A DNA stretch of 64,000 bases from the NCBI RefSeq assembly GCF_009914755.1, contig NC_060931.1. The stretch is one strand, 5' to 3'. Shown piece after piece: positions 25,498 through 39,815 of this stretch. Numbering within the stretch: the stretch's first letter is position 1; each line of letters starts with the position of its first letter. The notes under the pieces were generated by a model. That model did no database searches. It saw nothing but the letters and a program-made list of their open reading frames with translations, and was not told the DNA's origin. Source of the stretch: the human T2T-CHM13v2.0 reference genome, Homo sapiens. The position numbers were made by a program, and so were the translations under genes.

Positions 25498-26714
25498 TTA
25501 TTCTGTTTGAATAACCACATTCAAATGAGGTTTGGTCACCCATTAGAGAATGGGTACCAGGCTAATCTGCAGAATTACAGCCAGAGACTCACCTGAAGTA
25601 TTCCTAGTGTCAAATATCTAGGAAAGAGGCATGCTTCACTATCAGGAAACAGGAGCTCTAAGGTGTGAAATTAAAGGAGTCTTGTTCTTGACATTTCATT
25701 CTTTGTAAGGAAAGAATCAAGGATCCAAAAGGCAGAAAAAAGTTGGAGATTGTAGTATCAGAAGTCTCTGCCCTTGGAAACAGTTCAGGTATCAAGGAAG
25801 TAGAGGTCCTAACAAGGGCTGTAGCCCACTATTAATGAAGCAGCAGAAGTGATAGCTTATTTCTTTACTTTTTTTTAAGAAAAAATAATAAAAGGGAACG
25901 TGAGCTCAAGGCAACAAAAGAGGTATCTCTTGGTCTGTCAGCAAACAAAATTTTCCTTCCAGAATTACATGGAAGTAAATTTTTCCCTCCTTGGGAAAGA
26001 CAGCATTTTCTTAATTATATTTAAAAAAATGGTAACTTTTCCACTAGTCTGTAAGGATTTCAATTATGCTATGATTTATGAATCACGATTCATAAGATTA
26101 TGATCTTATGCATAAGTACCAATTAAAAGACCTTTCTGAATGTTCAGTACTCGACTTCTAATTTGGAGTCTCAAATTTGTCTCTTCTTTACTGTCTTTTC
26201 CAATACTCATCAATTCTCTGAACTCAAAACTTTTGCATTTTCATTCCACTGATTGATGGCAAGCCAATAGAATTCTTGTATAAAACAATTAAAATTCCAT
26301 GAATGGCTTTTCTTGATTGCAGATTTGGGTGACAGGTTACAATTGTGGAAGTGATAGAATATTTTATTTCCCATCCCAAATCCTACCACTTGACCTCATG
26401 TAGTAAAATATTTCTCTAGCAATTCTCTTGATATTTGCTTTCTCCAAATTTTTATGTGATCTTTTACAACAGAGTACCTAAGAGAATCCTCTTTTAAAGT
26501 TATAATTTTATTATTAAAATTTAAAATATAGGTAATAAATTCATGTGGTTCAAACTTCAAAAAGCATAAAATGGTCAGCAGTGAAAATTGTCTTTCTATT
26601 ACCATTCCATCCCCAGGTTACCCATTTCCCTCTTGGAGGCAGTATTGCTAGTTTCTTATACTGTATGTTTAAAGATATAGACAATGCATATACAAGTAAG
26701 TACAGAAATACATT

Positions 26715-26716
<2 letters not shown>

Positions 26717-26747
<31 letters not shown>
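26717..26747 (+). repeat. (CA)n microsatellite
   Basis: Directly visible. Confidence 0.9.
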
Positions 26748-26749
<2 letters not shown>

Positions 26750-27082
26750 AACATATGGATGCACCCACACATTTCATCTTTTTTTTACACAAATGGTAGA
26801 TACCATATGCCCCCTTTTGAGCTCTCATTTTTTCCCTTAAAAATATATCTATGAGATTATCTCATCTCAGTCATAAAGATTTTATTTTATTTTTACTTTT
26901 TGAATTGAAATAAATGTATATATAGGAAAAACATAAATATCATAATTATGCAGCTCAATGAATCTTAACAATGTGAATGCATATGTTTCATCAGCACTTG
27001 AATCAGGAAACAGATTTATTATAAATACCCTGAAAGCCCATGTTAACAGGTCTCGCAATCACTACTACTCCTTCCACCACCC

Positions 27083-27527
27083 TATCAGTTAGATTTGCTG
27101 CGTAACCAACCACTCCAAAACTCAGGGGCTTAAATCAACAGTCATTTACATTTTTGTGGGTTGGCAATTTGGGTTCAGTTCAGCGGGGCAGTTCTGTGGG
27201 GCTGGAGCAGACTCAGCTCATCTCAGCAGCGGCTCACTCATGCATCCGCAGGTGGCTGCTGGATGCTTGGGACTGGCTGACTTTTGGCTGGAGTGTAATC
27301 CCTCCAGCAAGTCCACCCAGGCTTGTTCACATAGTGGCAGGATTTCAACAACAGCAAGAGTAGAAGCTGCAAGGCTTCGTGAGGTCTCGACTCAGAACTG
27401 ATAAGTTGCTCTGACACATTCTATTTGTCAAAGCAAGTCACAAGGCTAGTTTAGTTTCCAGGGGTGAGACTCTGCCTTTTAATGCAGGAGTTTTCAGAGG
27501 ATTGCAGTCATTTTTGCAATCAACCAC
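27083..27527 (-). mobile_element. MLT1 (MaLR) LTR
   Basis: gctgcgtaaccaaccactccaaaactcaggggcttaa...aaagcaagtcacaaggc matches antisense MLT1. Confidence 0.75.
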
Positions 27528-27675
27528 AATCACCATTTATTGGTTTTGCCTGTTTCTGAATTTTATATAAATCCAATTATACATTATGCCTACTCTTTTG
27601 GGTCTGATTTCTTCATTCAACATTGTCTATTGTTCTGTTAGCATTAATTTATTCTTTTAAAAAAATGTTTATCGA

Positions 27676-27977
<302 letters not shown>

Positions 27978-28384
27978 TTATTGAACACCTACTAAGTTTT
28001 GGAAATAAAGTCAAATGAGATATAGATCCAGTCCTCCAGAACAGGGGAGGTTGCTAAGTAAATATGATGTATATGTTATCATAAAAGTATGCAGAGGGAG
28101 TTAGGAGTAAGATTAAAGTCAGACCTCACTAGGAGAGGTAATGTTTACCTGTATCTTAAATTATACACAGGAATTAGTCATATGGAGAAAGATGTACGTG
28201 AAGGACAGTCCAATTGGAGATACAAGTGGTTGGGATATGGAGCTGTGAAACATCATAATGGCTCAAATACAAATAGTGTATTACAATTATTACAACTAGC
28301 ACTTGCAGGTATGTTAGAAGAAGAGCTCAGATCAGTGATTTTCGAACACTAGTGTGCATCAGAATCACCTGAAGGACTTAAAAA

Positions 28385-29160
<776 letters not shown>

Positions 29161-29169
29161 TCATCTGTA

Positions 29170-32100
29170 TACATTAAACTTTAGCAAATAGTGCCAAATA
29201 GTTTTCTAATGTAGTTGTAACAATTTCCTCTTTCTCTAGCAGTTTATGAGCATTCCATTTGTTATACATTCTTGCCTAAACTTGTTATCACTTACTATCA
29301 GTGTTTTTGAGTCATTCTAAACAGTGTGTACTTATATCTCATTGTTTAATTTGTATTTCCTTGACGAATAATAATATAGTTTCTTTTTACATGTTTATTG
29401 GCCATTTGGATATCCACTTTTGTACTGTTTATTAAAGACTTTTGTCTATTTTTCCGTTCAGTTATCTCTGTTTTTTAAAAATTTATTTGTAAAACTTATT
29501 TATAGATATTTGATATAAGTCCTTTGTCAGCTACATGTATTGCAAATGCCTTCTTGCAGTCTGCTTTTTCACTCTCTTAATGGTGCTTTTTAAATAACAG
29601 AAGTTGTAGTATTTTAACTAGTCCATTTTATCAACCTCCTTCATAATGGTTAATGTTTCTTGGATCCACTTAAGAAATCTTTGTCTACCCCAAAGTCATA
29701 AAGATATTTTCATATGTTATTTTCTAGCAGTTTTATTGTTTTACCTTTCACATTTATATCAACAATCCTCCTTGAATTAAGTTTTGTTTGTGGGGTGACA
29801 TAGGAATATCATGTTTTTTCAATCTGTATGAATACCAAATTCACTCAGAGCCATTTATTGAAAAGACCATCCTTTCGATAGTGCATTGCTGTCTCGCCTT
29901 TGTCATAACGTGAATGTTTCTATCAGGTAGAGTATGTTCCTGGATTCTCTGTTCAGTTCCATTTATCTATCAATGCTTGCACCAAATATCATACTATTTG
30001 AATTACTGTGGCTTTATATATAGTAAGTTATGATATCCAGAAGTATAAGTACTCTAATTTCATTCTCATACTTAAAATTATCTTTGTTATTCTTGGCTGT
30101 TCCATTTCATATGAACTTACCCCACACAGGTGAAAGCCCTGCTGGGTTATTAGCTAGGATTGTATTTAATTTATTGACGATTTTGGGAAGAACTGTCCAG
30201 GTAACAAAATTGAATCTCTAGAATCATAAATATGTTTTATTCTTTCATTTATTAAGGTTTTAAAAAATATTTCTTAAGAAAGTTATGTAGTTTTCATTAG
30301 ACTATATGTTATGTATATACGAATGATTGATTTTTGATGTGAATCTTGTAACCAGTGACCTAGCTGAGTTCACTCATTAGTTCTAATAATATGTCTCCAT
30401 ATTCTTATGGATTGCTTTCATTTACATGATTTACTACATATACACAATATGGTATCTGTGATAACATAATTTTTATTCTATCATTTTTCATTTCTCCTTT
30501 TCCAGTAGTTCTTTTTCTTGCTTCATTGTACTCGCTAAAACTCCCAGAACAATGCTGAAGAGAAATAAATGATGATGGCAGGCATCTTACCTTGTTTCTG
30601 ATCTCCAGGGGAAAGCTTTTCCTGTTTCATTGTTGTGTATAATCTTAGCCATAGGTTTTCCGTAGTCTTCTTATAGCAATAGAGCTTTCTTCTATTTACA
30701 GATTTCTAAGATGTTTTAATTTATTGAGTTTAACTTATGATTTTCTATTTTATCCTATAAAAGTAAATTAATTACTTTTTGAATGTTAAACCAACTTTTC
30801 TGGAATAAAGTTCTCTTGGTTGCTGAATTCAATTGCTAATATTTTATTAGAATTACTAAATTTATATTTGTAAAGAATGTCAGATTTTTTTTTTCTTTCT
30901 AACAATATCTTACCAGGATTTGATATCAACATCATGCTTGTCTTATAAAATGGGTTATGAAGCACTTTTCTTTTTGCTGTTTTCTCGAATTGTTTTTAAT
31001 ATATTGGTGTTATTTCTTCCTTAAATATTTAGCAGAATTTACCAAAATGTCTTTCTTGATCTGAGATTTCATATCAGAATTATTTTTCATAGATTCAGTT
31101 TCTATAATCAATACAGATCTTTTCAGATTTTCTATTTCTTGTGTTAATTTTAGTAAATTTTGTTTTTCTAGCAGTTTGTCACTTCACTTAAATATTCAAA
31201 TTTATTGACAGAAAGTTATTCATAATATCCTATTTATTTATTGAAGTCTGTTGAATCCGTAATGTGATTCCTTTTTATTTCTAGTATTGGTAATTTGTGC
31301 CTTTTCTCTCTCTTTTTAAAAAACTCAATGTTACTAGGGGCTTATAAATTTTATTAGATTTTTCAAAGAACCAACTTTTGACCTTGCTGATTAACTCTAT
31401 TTTTTTATTTCATTAGTATCTGTTCTTATTTAACATGTTTCCTTTCTTCTTTTGGTTTAATTTGCTCTTATTCTATACTTTTTTGAGACTAATATTTCAC
31501 TTACTTATTTTCAGTCTTTCTTATTTCTTAAAACATGCATTTAAGGCTATAGATTACTTTTGAATAGTGACTCTACATGTATCCCCCAAGATCTGACATG
31601 TTATATTTTTATTATTTCAGTCTAACATTTTTAAACATTTCCATTGAGATTCTTCCTTAATCCTGTGTTATGTCAAAGAGTACTTCTTAATTTCCATACA
31701 TTTGGAGATTTTATGGGTTCTTTGTAACTAATTTCTGGCTTGATTCCACTGTGATCAGAGAACATATTCGGCTTGATTATAGTACAGCATATGGTCATTT
31801 TGGTAAGTGTTCCAAACACAAGTTGAGAATCATACATACTTTCTGCTTTTGTATATAGTTATTGGTTTCAAATTTTTATACCACTTTGTTCAAAATTTCT
31901 AATTTTTACTCAACTTTTGTCTGCTTCTCTATCAGTTACTGAGAGAGGTATGTTAAGGATCTCAATCTAAAATCTAATACTGTGGGTTTCTCTATCTTAT
32001 TAGTTCTATTGATTTTTGCTTTACATATTTAAGCTTATCTTATTCTTTTTACATATTCTTGATGAAGTAACACTTTTATCATTATGAAATATTTCTTATC

Positions 32101-34200
32101 TTTGGTAATATGTTTTTGCATTACATTCTACTAATCTTATATGAATTTAGATATGCCAGCTTTAAAATATTTTATTATTTTGGTTAATATTTGTATGCCA
32201 TCTTCTTCCATATTTTCAAACTTTCTATGCCTTTGTATTTGAAGTGTGTCTTCATTATGCAACATATAGTTGGGTTTCATCCTTATTTAGTCTTAAAATC
32301 TTTTTCTTTCAATTGGAATTTTTAGTTTATTTTTAATATATGTAATTACTGATTTTTTAACTTAAAGCTTTTATATTACTATTTTTCCATTTGTTTCATT
32401 TTTTCAATAGTCCTCTTTCTCTGTTTTTTCTATTTCTTGATTTCCTACAGGCTCCTGATAACAATAATTAGAAAAGCCAGATAAAATTCAAACAAACCGA
32501 AAGTATAGCCACTTGAATCATTAGCGAGTACCAAGGTATCCAAGTCATAAAGACCCAATATTCCAGAATAAAGAAAACTCACGTAGGTGTATATGATCTC
32601 TTCTGTAATTTTCCAAAAATTTCCCTTTAGTTCTTCAATGTAGATATTTTCTACTGACCCACCTTCCAAAACATGAATCTTCTGTACAGTTGTGTCAAAT
32701 TTAATATTTAATCCACCTATTGAGTTCCTAGATTAAATGTTTATTTTTACATTCTAGATTTTCAACTTGATTGTTCTAATTGTTTAGCTTTATTTTACCA
32801 TCATGTCTTCTATTTTATTAAACATGTTTTTAATAGTCATTTTAAAGCCCGTTTATGAAAACTCAGTTGTCTGGATCACTTTTAGATTTATTCCTATTGT
32901 TTATTTTCTGTTCTATTCTTTCTCTTTTGGAAGAAAAGAATAATTGTATGGCAGACATTGTGTATGAAATATTGACATCTTTCTCTATGAGTTTAGCTTG
33001 TGACAGTCAGAATAGGGAAAATTACCCTATTCCAATCAGGGATTAAACAGTTTTAAGGTTGTGTTTCAGACTTTGTAATGCTTGGTCTATTTGTGTTTTC
33101 TCTAATTCCTAGGTTGTGATTCTAAGGGATCCCAAATGAAAACTTGGGGTGTTTATCGCTGTCCGTCTTTCTTGAGAGGCCCTTAACTTCATTGAAAAAT
33201 ATCTTCCTAGCATTGTGAGACTGCCAAAAGCTTTGAACTTCTTGGCTCCCACTCTCTTCTAAGCTTCTCTTGTTCTAAGCTTCTCTTGAAGGACAAGCTT
33301 CTCTTGTTTCTTCTATGCTGTCGAAATCAGGAATCAGCAAATGCTTCAAGGGGAAAAGCTGCATATTTTCAGTCTCACATCTGCTTCCTTTCTCTTAGCT
33401 CCTCAACTCCTGGATATCTTAGTGGCCCTGAACTCCACCTTTTTTTCTCACTAGATCTTGAGATTGCTAAAAGCTGTCCTCTGTTTCTTAGCAGCCTGTT
33501 TTTCTCCTTTTCTCAGCTTCTTTGCCTGTACAATTTTGAGTCATCTCAGTTTCCTGTCTCCTAAGGATCTTGGCCCTTCAAGTTCTGGCTACCTTGGTAA
33601 TCCTCTGTTGCCTTCAAATTTCTTTTTAATCTAATTATTCTAGTTGTTATTAGTGGGAGGTTTGGTCTGCTATAAATTAATCCCTGTCACAAATGGAATG
33701 CCTTTTTCCTTTTCTTTTTTTTTTCAGCTACATAGTATACCATTGTATAGCTATTCTAAAATTTCTTTATGCAGGACCTAGTTATGGATACTTAGGTTGT
33801 TTCCAATGTTTACTATTGCAAAGCATAAAGCAGTAACTTATATGTACATTATAAATTGTATAATTAATGGTAACTTCGTATGTACATAATTCTATGTGCA
33901 TTATCTATACAGTTGCACACATATACAAATATATATAAAACAAAGTCTTAGAATAAAATTGCTTAATCAAAGGGAATGTTCATTTGTATTTTGATATACA
34001 TTGCCTATTTTCCTTTGTAGAACTTATACCAATTTATATTCCAAAGATTATATGAACATGCCTATTTTCCCACAGCTTAACAACATACTGTGTTATTTTA
34101 ATTTTGACATTTGTCAATGGTAGCTTAAGAAATGGTATCTCATTATAATTTTAATTTGCATTATTTCTATTGTGGGGGAGGTTGAACATTTTTCATGCAG
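29170..34200 (-). mobile_element. Long degraded old L1 (L1M/L1ME) region, probably several fragments
   Basis: T-rich antisense ORF2/ORF1-like motifs (ccatttattgaaaagacc, gggaaagctttt, tttcaaagaaccaacttttg). No intact ORF. Confidence 0.65.
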
Positions 34201-35533
34201 TTAAAGCCTCAAGTTAACACACTGTTCTATAGATTTGTTGTAGATGACCAACATTTCACAGACTATATATCACGACATTCACATAAAATTTTCTGCAAAA
34301 ATTATGTTGTATCATATATTTGCCCCTTTTGGCAATTCATAAAAAAGCCTCTGAGAAAAGAAATTCCTTGAAATGTTTTATTGTGGAAAAAATATATATA
34401 TAACATAATTATCATCTTAACCAGTTGTAAGTATGTGATTTAGTAGCACTAAATACACTCACAACATTGTGTGGCTATCACCAGTATCCATACCCAAAAT
34501 GTTTTCATCATCTGTAACGAAAACTCTATGTCCACTACTCCCTTTCCTTCCACCTCCCAGCCCCTGGTAACCTCTACTCTATTTCCTGTCTCTTTGAATT
34601 TGCCTGTTCTAGGTACATCATATAAGTATAATTTTACAATATTTATCCTGTGTCTGGCTTCTTGTACTATGCATGTTTTCAAGGACCATCCATGTTGTAG
34701 CATATATCAAAATTTCATTCATGTTTATGGCAGAATAATATACTATCATGCGCATATTCCCTTTATGTGTTGGTGGGCATTTGAATTGTTTCCACATTTT
34801 GCCCATTGTGAATAATGCTATGAACATCAGTGCACAAATGTGTTTGAGTCCCTGCTTTTAATTCTTTTGGATATACACCTAGGAGTGAAATTGGTGGGTC
34901 ATATGGTAGTTCTATTTGAACTGTTTAAGAAATTGCCACATTGTTTTCTACATAAAATGTACCATTTTGGATTCTCCCCAGCACTTATGAGGCTTCCAAT
35001 TTCTCCACGTCCTTGCCAACACCTGCCATTTTCCCTTTTTAAAAATTATAGCCATCCTAGTAGGTGTGATGTGCTATCCATGGTCATTTTGACTTGCATT
35101 TTTCTAATGATTAATAATGTTAAGCATCTTTTCATGGGTATATTGGACGTTTGTATATCATACTTGGTGAAATGTCTATTCATGTCCTTCATCTACTTTT
35201 TAATCTAGTTGTTTGACTTTTTGTTGTTGAGTTGTAGGAGTTTTTAAAATATAAATTTTGAGTATCCATCACTTATTAAGTATATAACTTATAAATATTT
35301 TCTCCCATTCAGTAGGCTGTCTTTTTACATTACTTTCAGCAATGTTGTAGTTTTAAGTATATGAGTCTTTTACTTCTTTCTTTAGATTTATCATAAGTAT
35401 TTAATTTCTAATTAGTTAAGATTTATTCCTAAGTACTCCTAAGTATTTAATTACTAAATACTAAGTATTTAGTAATAAACATAAACCTTGTTTAGATTTG
35501 TTCTTAAGTATTTTAGTGACTATTATACACAGC

Positions 35534-35858
35534 TTTTCTTTTCTTTTCTTTTTTTTTTTCTTTTGAGATGGAGTCTCACTCTGTCACCCAGGCTGGAGTG
35601 CTGTGGCATGATCTCGGCTCACTGCAACCTCCGCCTCCAGAGTTCAAGTGATTCTCCTGCCTCAGCCTCCTGAATAACTGGGATTACAGGCACCCGCCAC
35701 CTCGCCTGGCTAATTTATTTTTTATTTTTTTATTTTTTAGTAGAGATGGAGTTTCACCATGTTGGCCAGGCTAGTCTCGAACTCCTGACCTCAGGTGATC
35801 TGCCTATCTCGGCCTCCCAAAGTGCTGAGATTACAGAGGTGAGCCACCGCGCCTGGCT
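35534..35858 (-). mobile_element. AluS (Sx-like) SINE
   Basis: Full antisense Alu. Confidence 0.92.
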
Positions 35859-36006
35859 GCATTGCTTTTCTTTATTTCCTTTTTGGATTGCTTATTGCTG
35901 GTATATTGCAGCAAACTTAATATTTGTGTTGATCTTGTACCCTGAAACTTTGCTGAATTTGTTTACTAGCTCTAGTAGCTTCCTTACAAATTCTGTGGAA
36001 TTCTCT

Positions 36007-36392
36007 TTTTAAAAATTTTTTTTTCCTCTAGTTCATTGGTTTTTCTTTCTTCTTCTTATTTTTTATTATACTTTAAGTTCTAGGATACATGTGTAGAATG
36101 TGCGGGTTTGTTACATAGCTATACACGTGCCATGGTGGTTTGCTGTACCCATCAACCCATCATCTACATTAGGTATTTCTCCTAATGTTATCCCTCCCCT
36201 AACCCCCAACGCCCCGGCAGGCCCTGGTATGTGATGTTTCCCTCCCTATGTCCATGTGTTCTCATTGTTCAACTCCCACTTATGAGTGAGAACATGCGTT
36301 GTTTGGTTTTCTGTTCCTGTGTTAGTTTACTGAGAATGATGGTTTTCCAGCTTCATCCATGCCCCTGTAAAGAACATGAACTCATCCTTTTT
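36007..36392 (-). mobile_element. L1PA (PA7/8-like) 5'-truncated 3' end
   Basis: ttattatactttaagttctaggatacatgtg...cccacttatgagtgagaacatgc. TSD tggaattYtct (35996-36006, 36393-36403). Confidence 0.88.
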
Positions 36393-37619
36393 TGGAATTT
36401 TCTACATATAGAATCATATCACCTGTGAATAGAGATATCATTACCACTTCCTTTTTAATTTGAATGGCTTTTATTTCTTTTACCTTTCTAATAGCTCTGG
36501 TTGGAACTTCCAGTACAAGGTTGAATAGTAGTAGTGAAAGCGGGCATTCTTGTCTTGTTCCTGACCCTAGAGAGAGAGTTTTCAGTCTTTTAGCATTGAG
36601 TATGGTCCATTCAATTTTGTTTTAAGTCAGCATCTTCCCAACTTATTTGACTGAGGAACAAGCTATTCATATTGGGAAACACTTTTACTGATAAATTAAG
36701 ACCTGAAATGAGTTTAAAATGTCTAACAGTTAGAATGAAAATTCAGGTGTTTAGAGTAACACAGGGCATTTAGATTTCAATCTTTGACTCTGACAGTTTG
36801 ACTCTGCCATTTTTCAGAGAGCCATTGAATTTCAATCAATTCCTCTTTACACTTTAGTTCAGTTCACAAAACAAACACAAGAAATATAGCTTTCTCCATT
36901 ATATAAGCAGGATGCGACTACCTATTAAAATGCTGAGAATGACTTGTAGGTGGTATTGTTAACAGAGGGAGGACCAGAGGGAAGACTGTCCTACGTGCAG
37001 CTTGGTGTTCTGCAGTGATTTGTGGTGGCTGCATTAAATCAAAATTTAATACTTTGCCTTTTAGGGAGAAAGGCGAGAAGATAATATGAAAACATTGGGT
37101 ATGTTATCCTCTTGCCAAAGAATTATTGATTGTATCTTCTTCACTTCTCTCAGTACCCACTAATTTTTACCAAGCACCTCATCCCTACGTGCTGTTTTCT
37201 CTCACAAAATTCCAAGCAAGACTCTGAGTCTATTACCCTCTCTACACTTTATAGGTAACTGAGAAAGTCTAGAAAACAAAATGATGAATAAAACAATTGG
37301 CTGAAAACTCAGAGTTGTTATAAAATTGGCAGCGGTAAGATAAGCAAGGAGCGAAATCTTGCAGTGGTTAAATGCTCAACCAGGAGTGTCTGAGTGGCCT
37401 CATCAGACTCTCCAGCCTTGCGGGCAACCCCAGATGATGGGCACTTCTTGAAGATTTAGTCATAAGCCTAAGTCAAAGAAAGTTTTACAATCTGTTTATT
37501 TAATCGTGGCTCAGTGTTGTCATGTCTTTGCATATGTTCTAGCTACATTTGGTGAAGGTTAAACAAATGGTGGGTCAGAGGGTCACTGAAAGAATAATTG
37601 TCATTCCTTGTGGCAGCCA

Positions 37620-38025
37620 TGCCACATTGGCTTCCTTGTGTCTCCCTCAAATATACAAAGCACATTGGATTCTTAATTTGAACTTTTTGTCCCTCTGCTT
37701 AAAATAACCTTCTATAAATACTTAGAGGGATTTTTTTTATCCCTCACTTATTTAGGTCTCTGCTCAAAGAGGCCTTCCCTAGCTCTTCTTTCTAAACTAT
37801 TCCCCAATATTTGCTCTCCCATGACCCTGCCTTCTTTTTCTTTACAGGTCACAATTCTTGGCATGACATCAAATGTTCATTGATGTATTTATTTGTTATC
37901 TGTTCACCAATATAAGCTTTATGAGGGCGAGGCTTTGTTTTGTTCAGTGCTGTATTGCCAACATTTTAAACAGTGCTTTGAATATATGTTAGGTACTTAG
38001 AAAATATTTCCTGGATAAACAAACT
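37620..38025 (+). mobile_element. L2 LINE 3' region
   Basis: ggtctctgctcaaagaggccttccct...tataagctttatgagggcgagg... Confidence 0.65.
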
Positions 38026-38029
38026 CATA

Positions 38030-38530
38030 AATATGCTGATGGAAAAGTTATTTAACAATCAAAGGGAATTTATTGGCTCAATGAAATTAAAATTATCTCT
38101 TTTGAAGCACCCATATAATGTCACTGGGACTCTCTCCAGTCCCCAGCTCTGCCTCTTTCCTGTTGGCCTCACTTTCCAGCAGATCTTTCCCCCAGCTGGT
38201 CCCTGGCTACCCTAGGCTTACATCTTGCAAAGTTAAAACATCCAGAGAAGAGGACACACCTCTTTCCCAGCAGCACCAGCAGAATTTCAGGGCTCCAGTG
38301 GCTTCTACTGGGCAACACACCTGAACCAAATCCTCTGGCCAAGGAATTGAAATAGGCTTATTGACCAGGCCAGGTCACTTCTCCCCTCCTGATGCCCACT
38401 GCAGCCATGTGGACCAAGAATGAGGAAAGGCAATTCTTCAAAGAAAAATTAAAGTGTAGATATTGTAGACATGTAGATAGCATAGACATGGGAGAAAGGA
38501 TGCCCCGAAGGCAAAAGAGACAGAATACAC
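38030..38530 (-). mobile_element. MLT1 (old MaLR) LTR
   Basis: cctgaaccaaatcctctggccaagg...ttgaccaggccaggtcac resembles antisense MLT1K/L. Confidence 0.5.
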
Positions 38531-38859
38531 TTCATTCCTGATGATTTAAAAAAGAAAGAGAAAAACAAAAATAGACAAAAACAAACAAAACTTCTTTGCC
38601 ACTCAGTAACAACTTGTTTAGGTCCTCATTTCCAAGAAGCTGATAGAAATACATCAAAACTTTGTTCCAAGTTAGAACTCTTGTCTTTTTAAAGCTTTGT
38701 TAGCACCCCTGAGGTGCTAATGGAAACCATCAACAGTAAGTCTGTAAAGTTTCCAATGTTAAACTCAGTCTTGAGACTAAGGCATTTAGCTATGAACTTC
38801 TGCCTTTTCAAACACGTGTGTATGAAACCTCTGTGCCAGGAACTGTTCCAAGTGTTGGG

Positions 38860-39110
38860 GACAAATTTCACCCCCACTCCTTATCCTTCTTGTCTGCTTT
38901 GCTTTCTTCCACTGATCTCTGTCTCTAATATATTTTATAATTTATTTATTTGTCTATTGTCTGTTTCCCTCCCCACCTTTCAGGATGTAAATTCCATGAG
39001 GGCAGGAATTCTTGTCTCTTTTGTCCACTGCTATATCCCCAGAGGCCACAACTGTGCCTAGCATATAGTAGCACTCAGTAAATATTTGTTGAATAGATAA
39101 ATGTGATAAG
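38860..39110 (+). mobile_element. L2 LINE 3' end
   Basis: ccatgagggcagg...gtgcctagcatatagtagcactcagtaaatatttgttgaat. Confidence 0.8.
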
Positions 39111-39169
39111 TTGAACCTTGGTGGTTTGTATTTTTTTCTGTACTCTTTTTTCTGTGCTCTGTATTTTAT

Positions 39170-39474
39170 TTTACTATTATTATTATTTTTTGGAGACGTA
39201 GTCTCGCTCTGTTGCCCAGGCTGGAGTGTGATGGCATGATCTTGGCTCATTACAAGCCCTGCCTCCTGGGTTCAAGCAATTCTCCTGCCTCAGCCTCTTG
39301 AGTAGCTGGGATTACAGGTGCCCACCACTGCGCCCGGCTAATTTTTGTATTTTTAGTAGAGACGGGATTTTGCCATGTTGGTCAGGCTGGTTTTGAACTC
39401 CCGACCTCAGGTGATCTGCTTGCCTCAGCCTCCCAAAGTGCGGGGATTACAGGCATGAGCCACCGCACCTGGCC
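39170..39474 (-). mobile_element. AluS (Sx-like) SINE
   Basis: Full antisense Alu with a degenerate TSD (tgtgctctgtatttta / tgtgccttgtatttta). Confidence 0.92.
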
Positions 39475-39784
39475 TGTGCCTTGTATTTTAAAGTTTAGTA
39501 TTTCAGTATTGAATATATTCTGCTCATTCTTTTTCTAGATTTTGATTTTTTTCTCTTTTATACTCATTTCTTACAGTGTTTTTAACTTCTATGCTTTTCA
39601 AAAGAATGTAGCTTTTACCTAAAAAGGTGTTCAAATAATCTTCTGATATTGTTTTTGCTGAACCAGATTGAAACATAGTCTATGTGAGTGCACACACACA
39701 GATGTACACACACAAATGTACATACACTAATGACAAGCTATGCAACGACCCAAATTCATTGAAACACAGCACATGTGAGTATAC

Positions 39785-39815
<31 letters not shown>

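Larger units (their letters stand above)
34375..36605 (-). mobile_element. L1MB 3' region, interrupted by AluS and L1PA
   Basis: Antisense L1MB 3' UTR and ORF2 end. The 34618-34827 ORF retains L1-like MFIALFTMGKMWKQFKCP. Confidence 0.8.
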
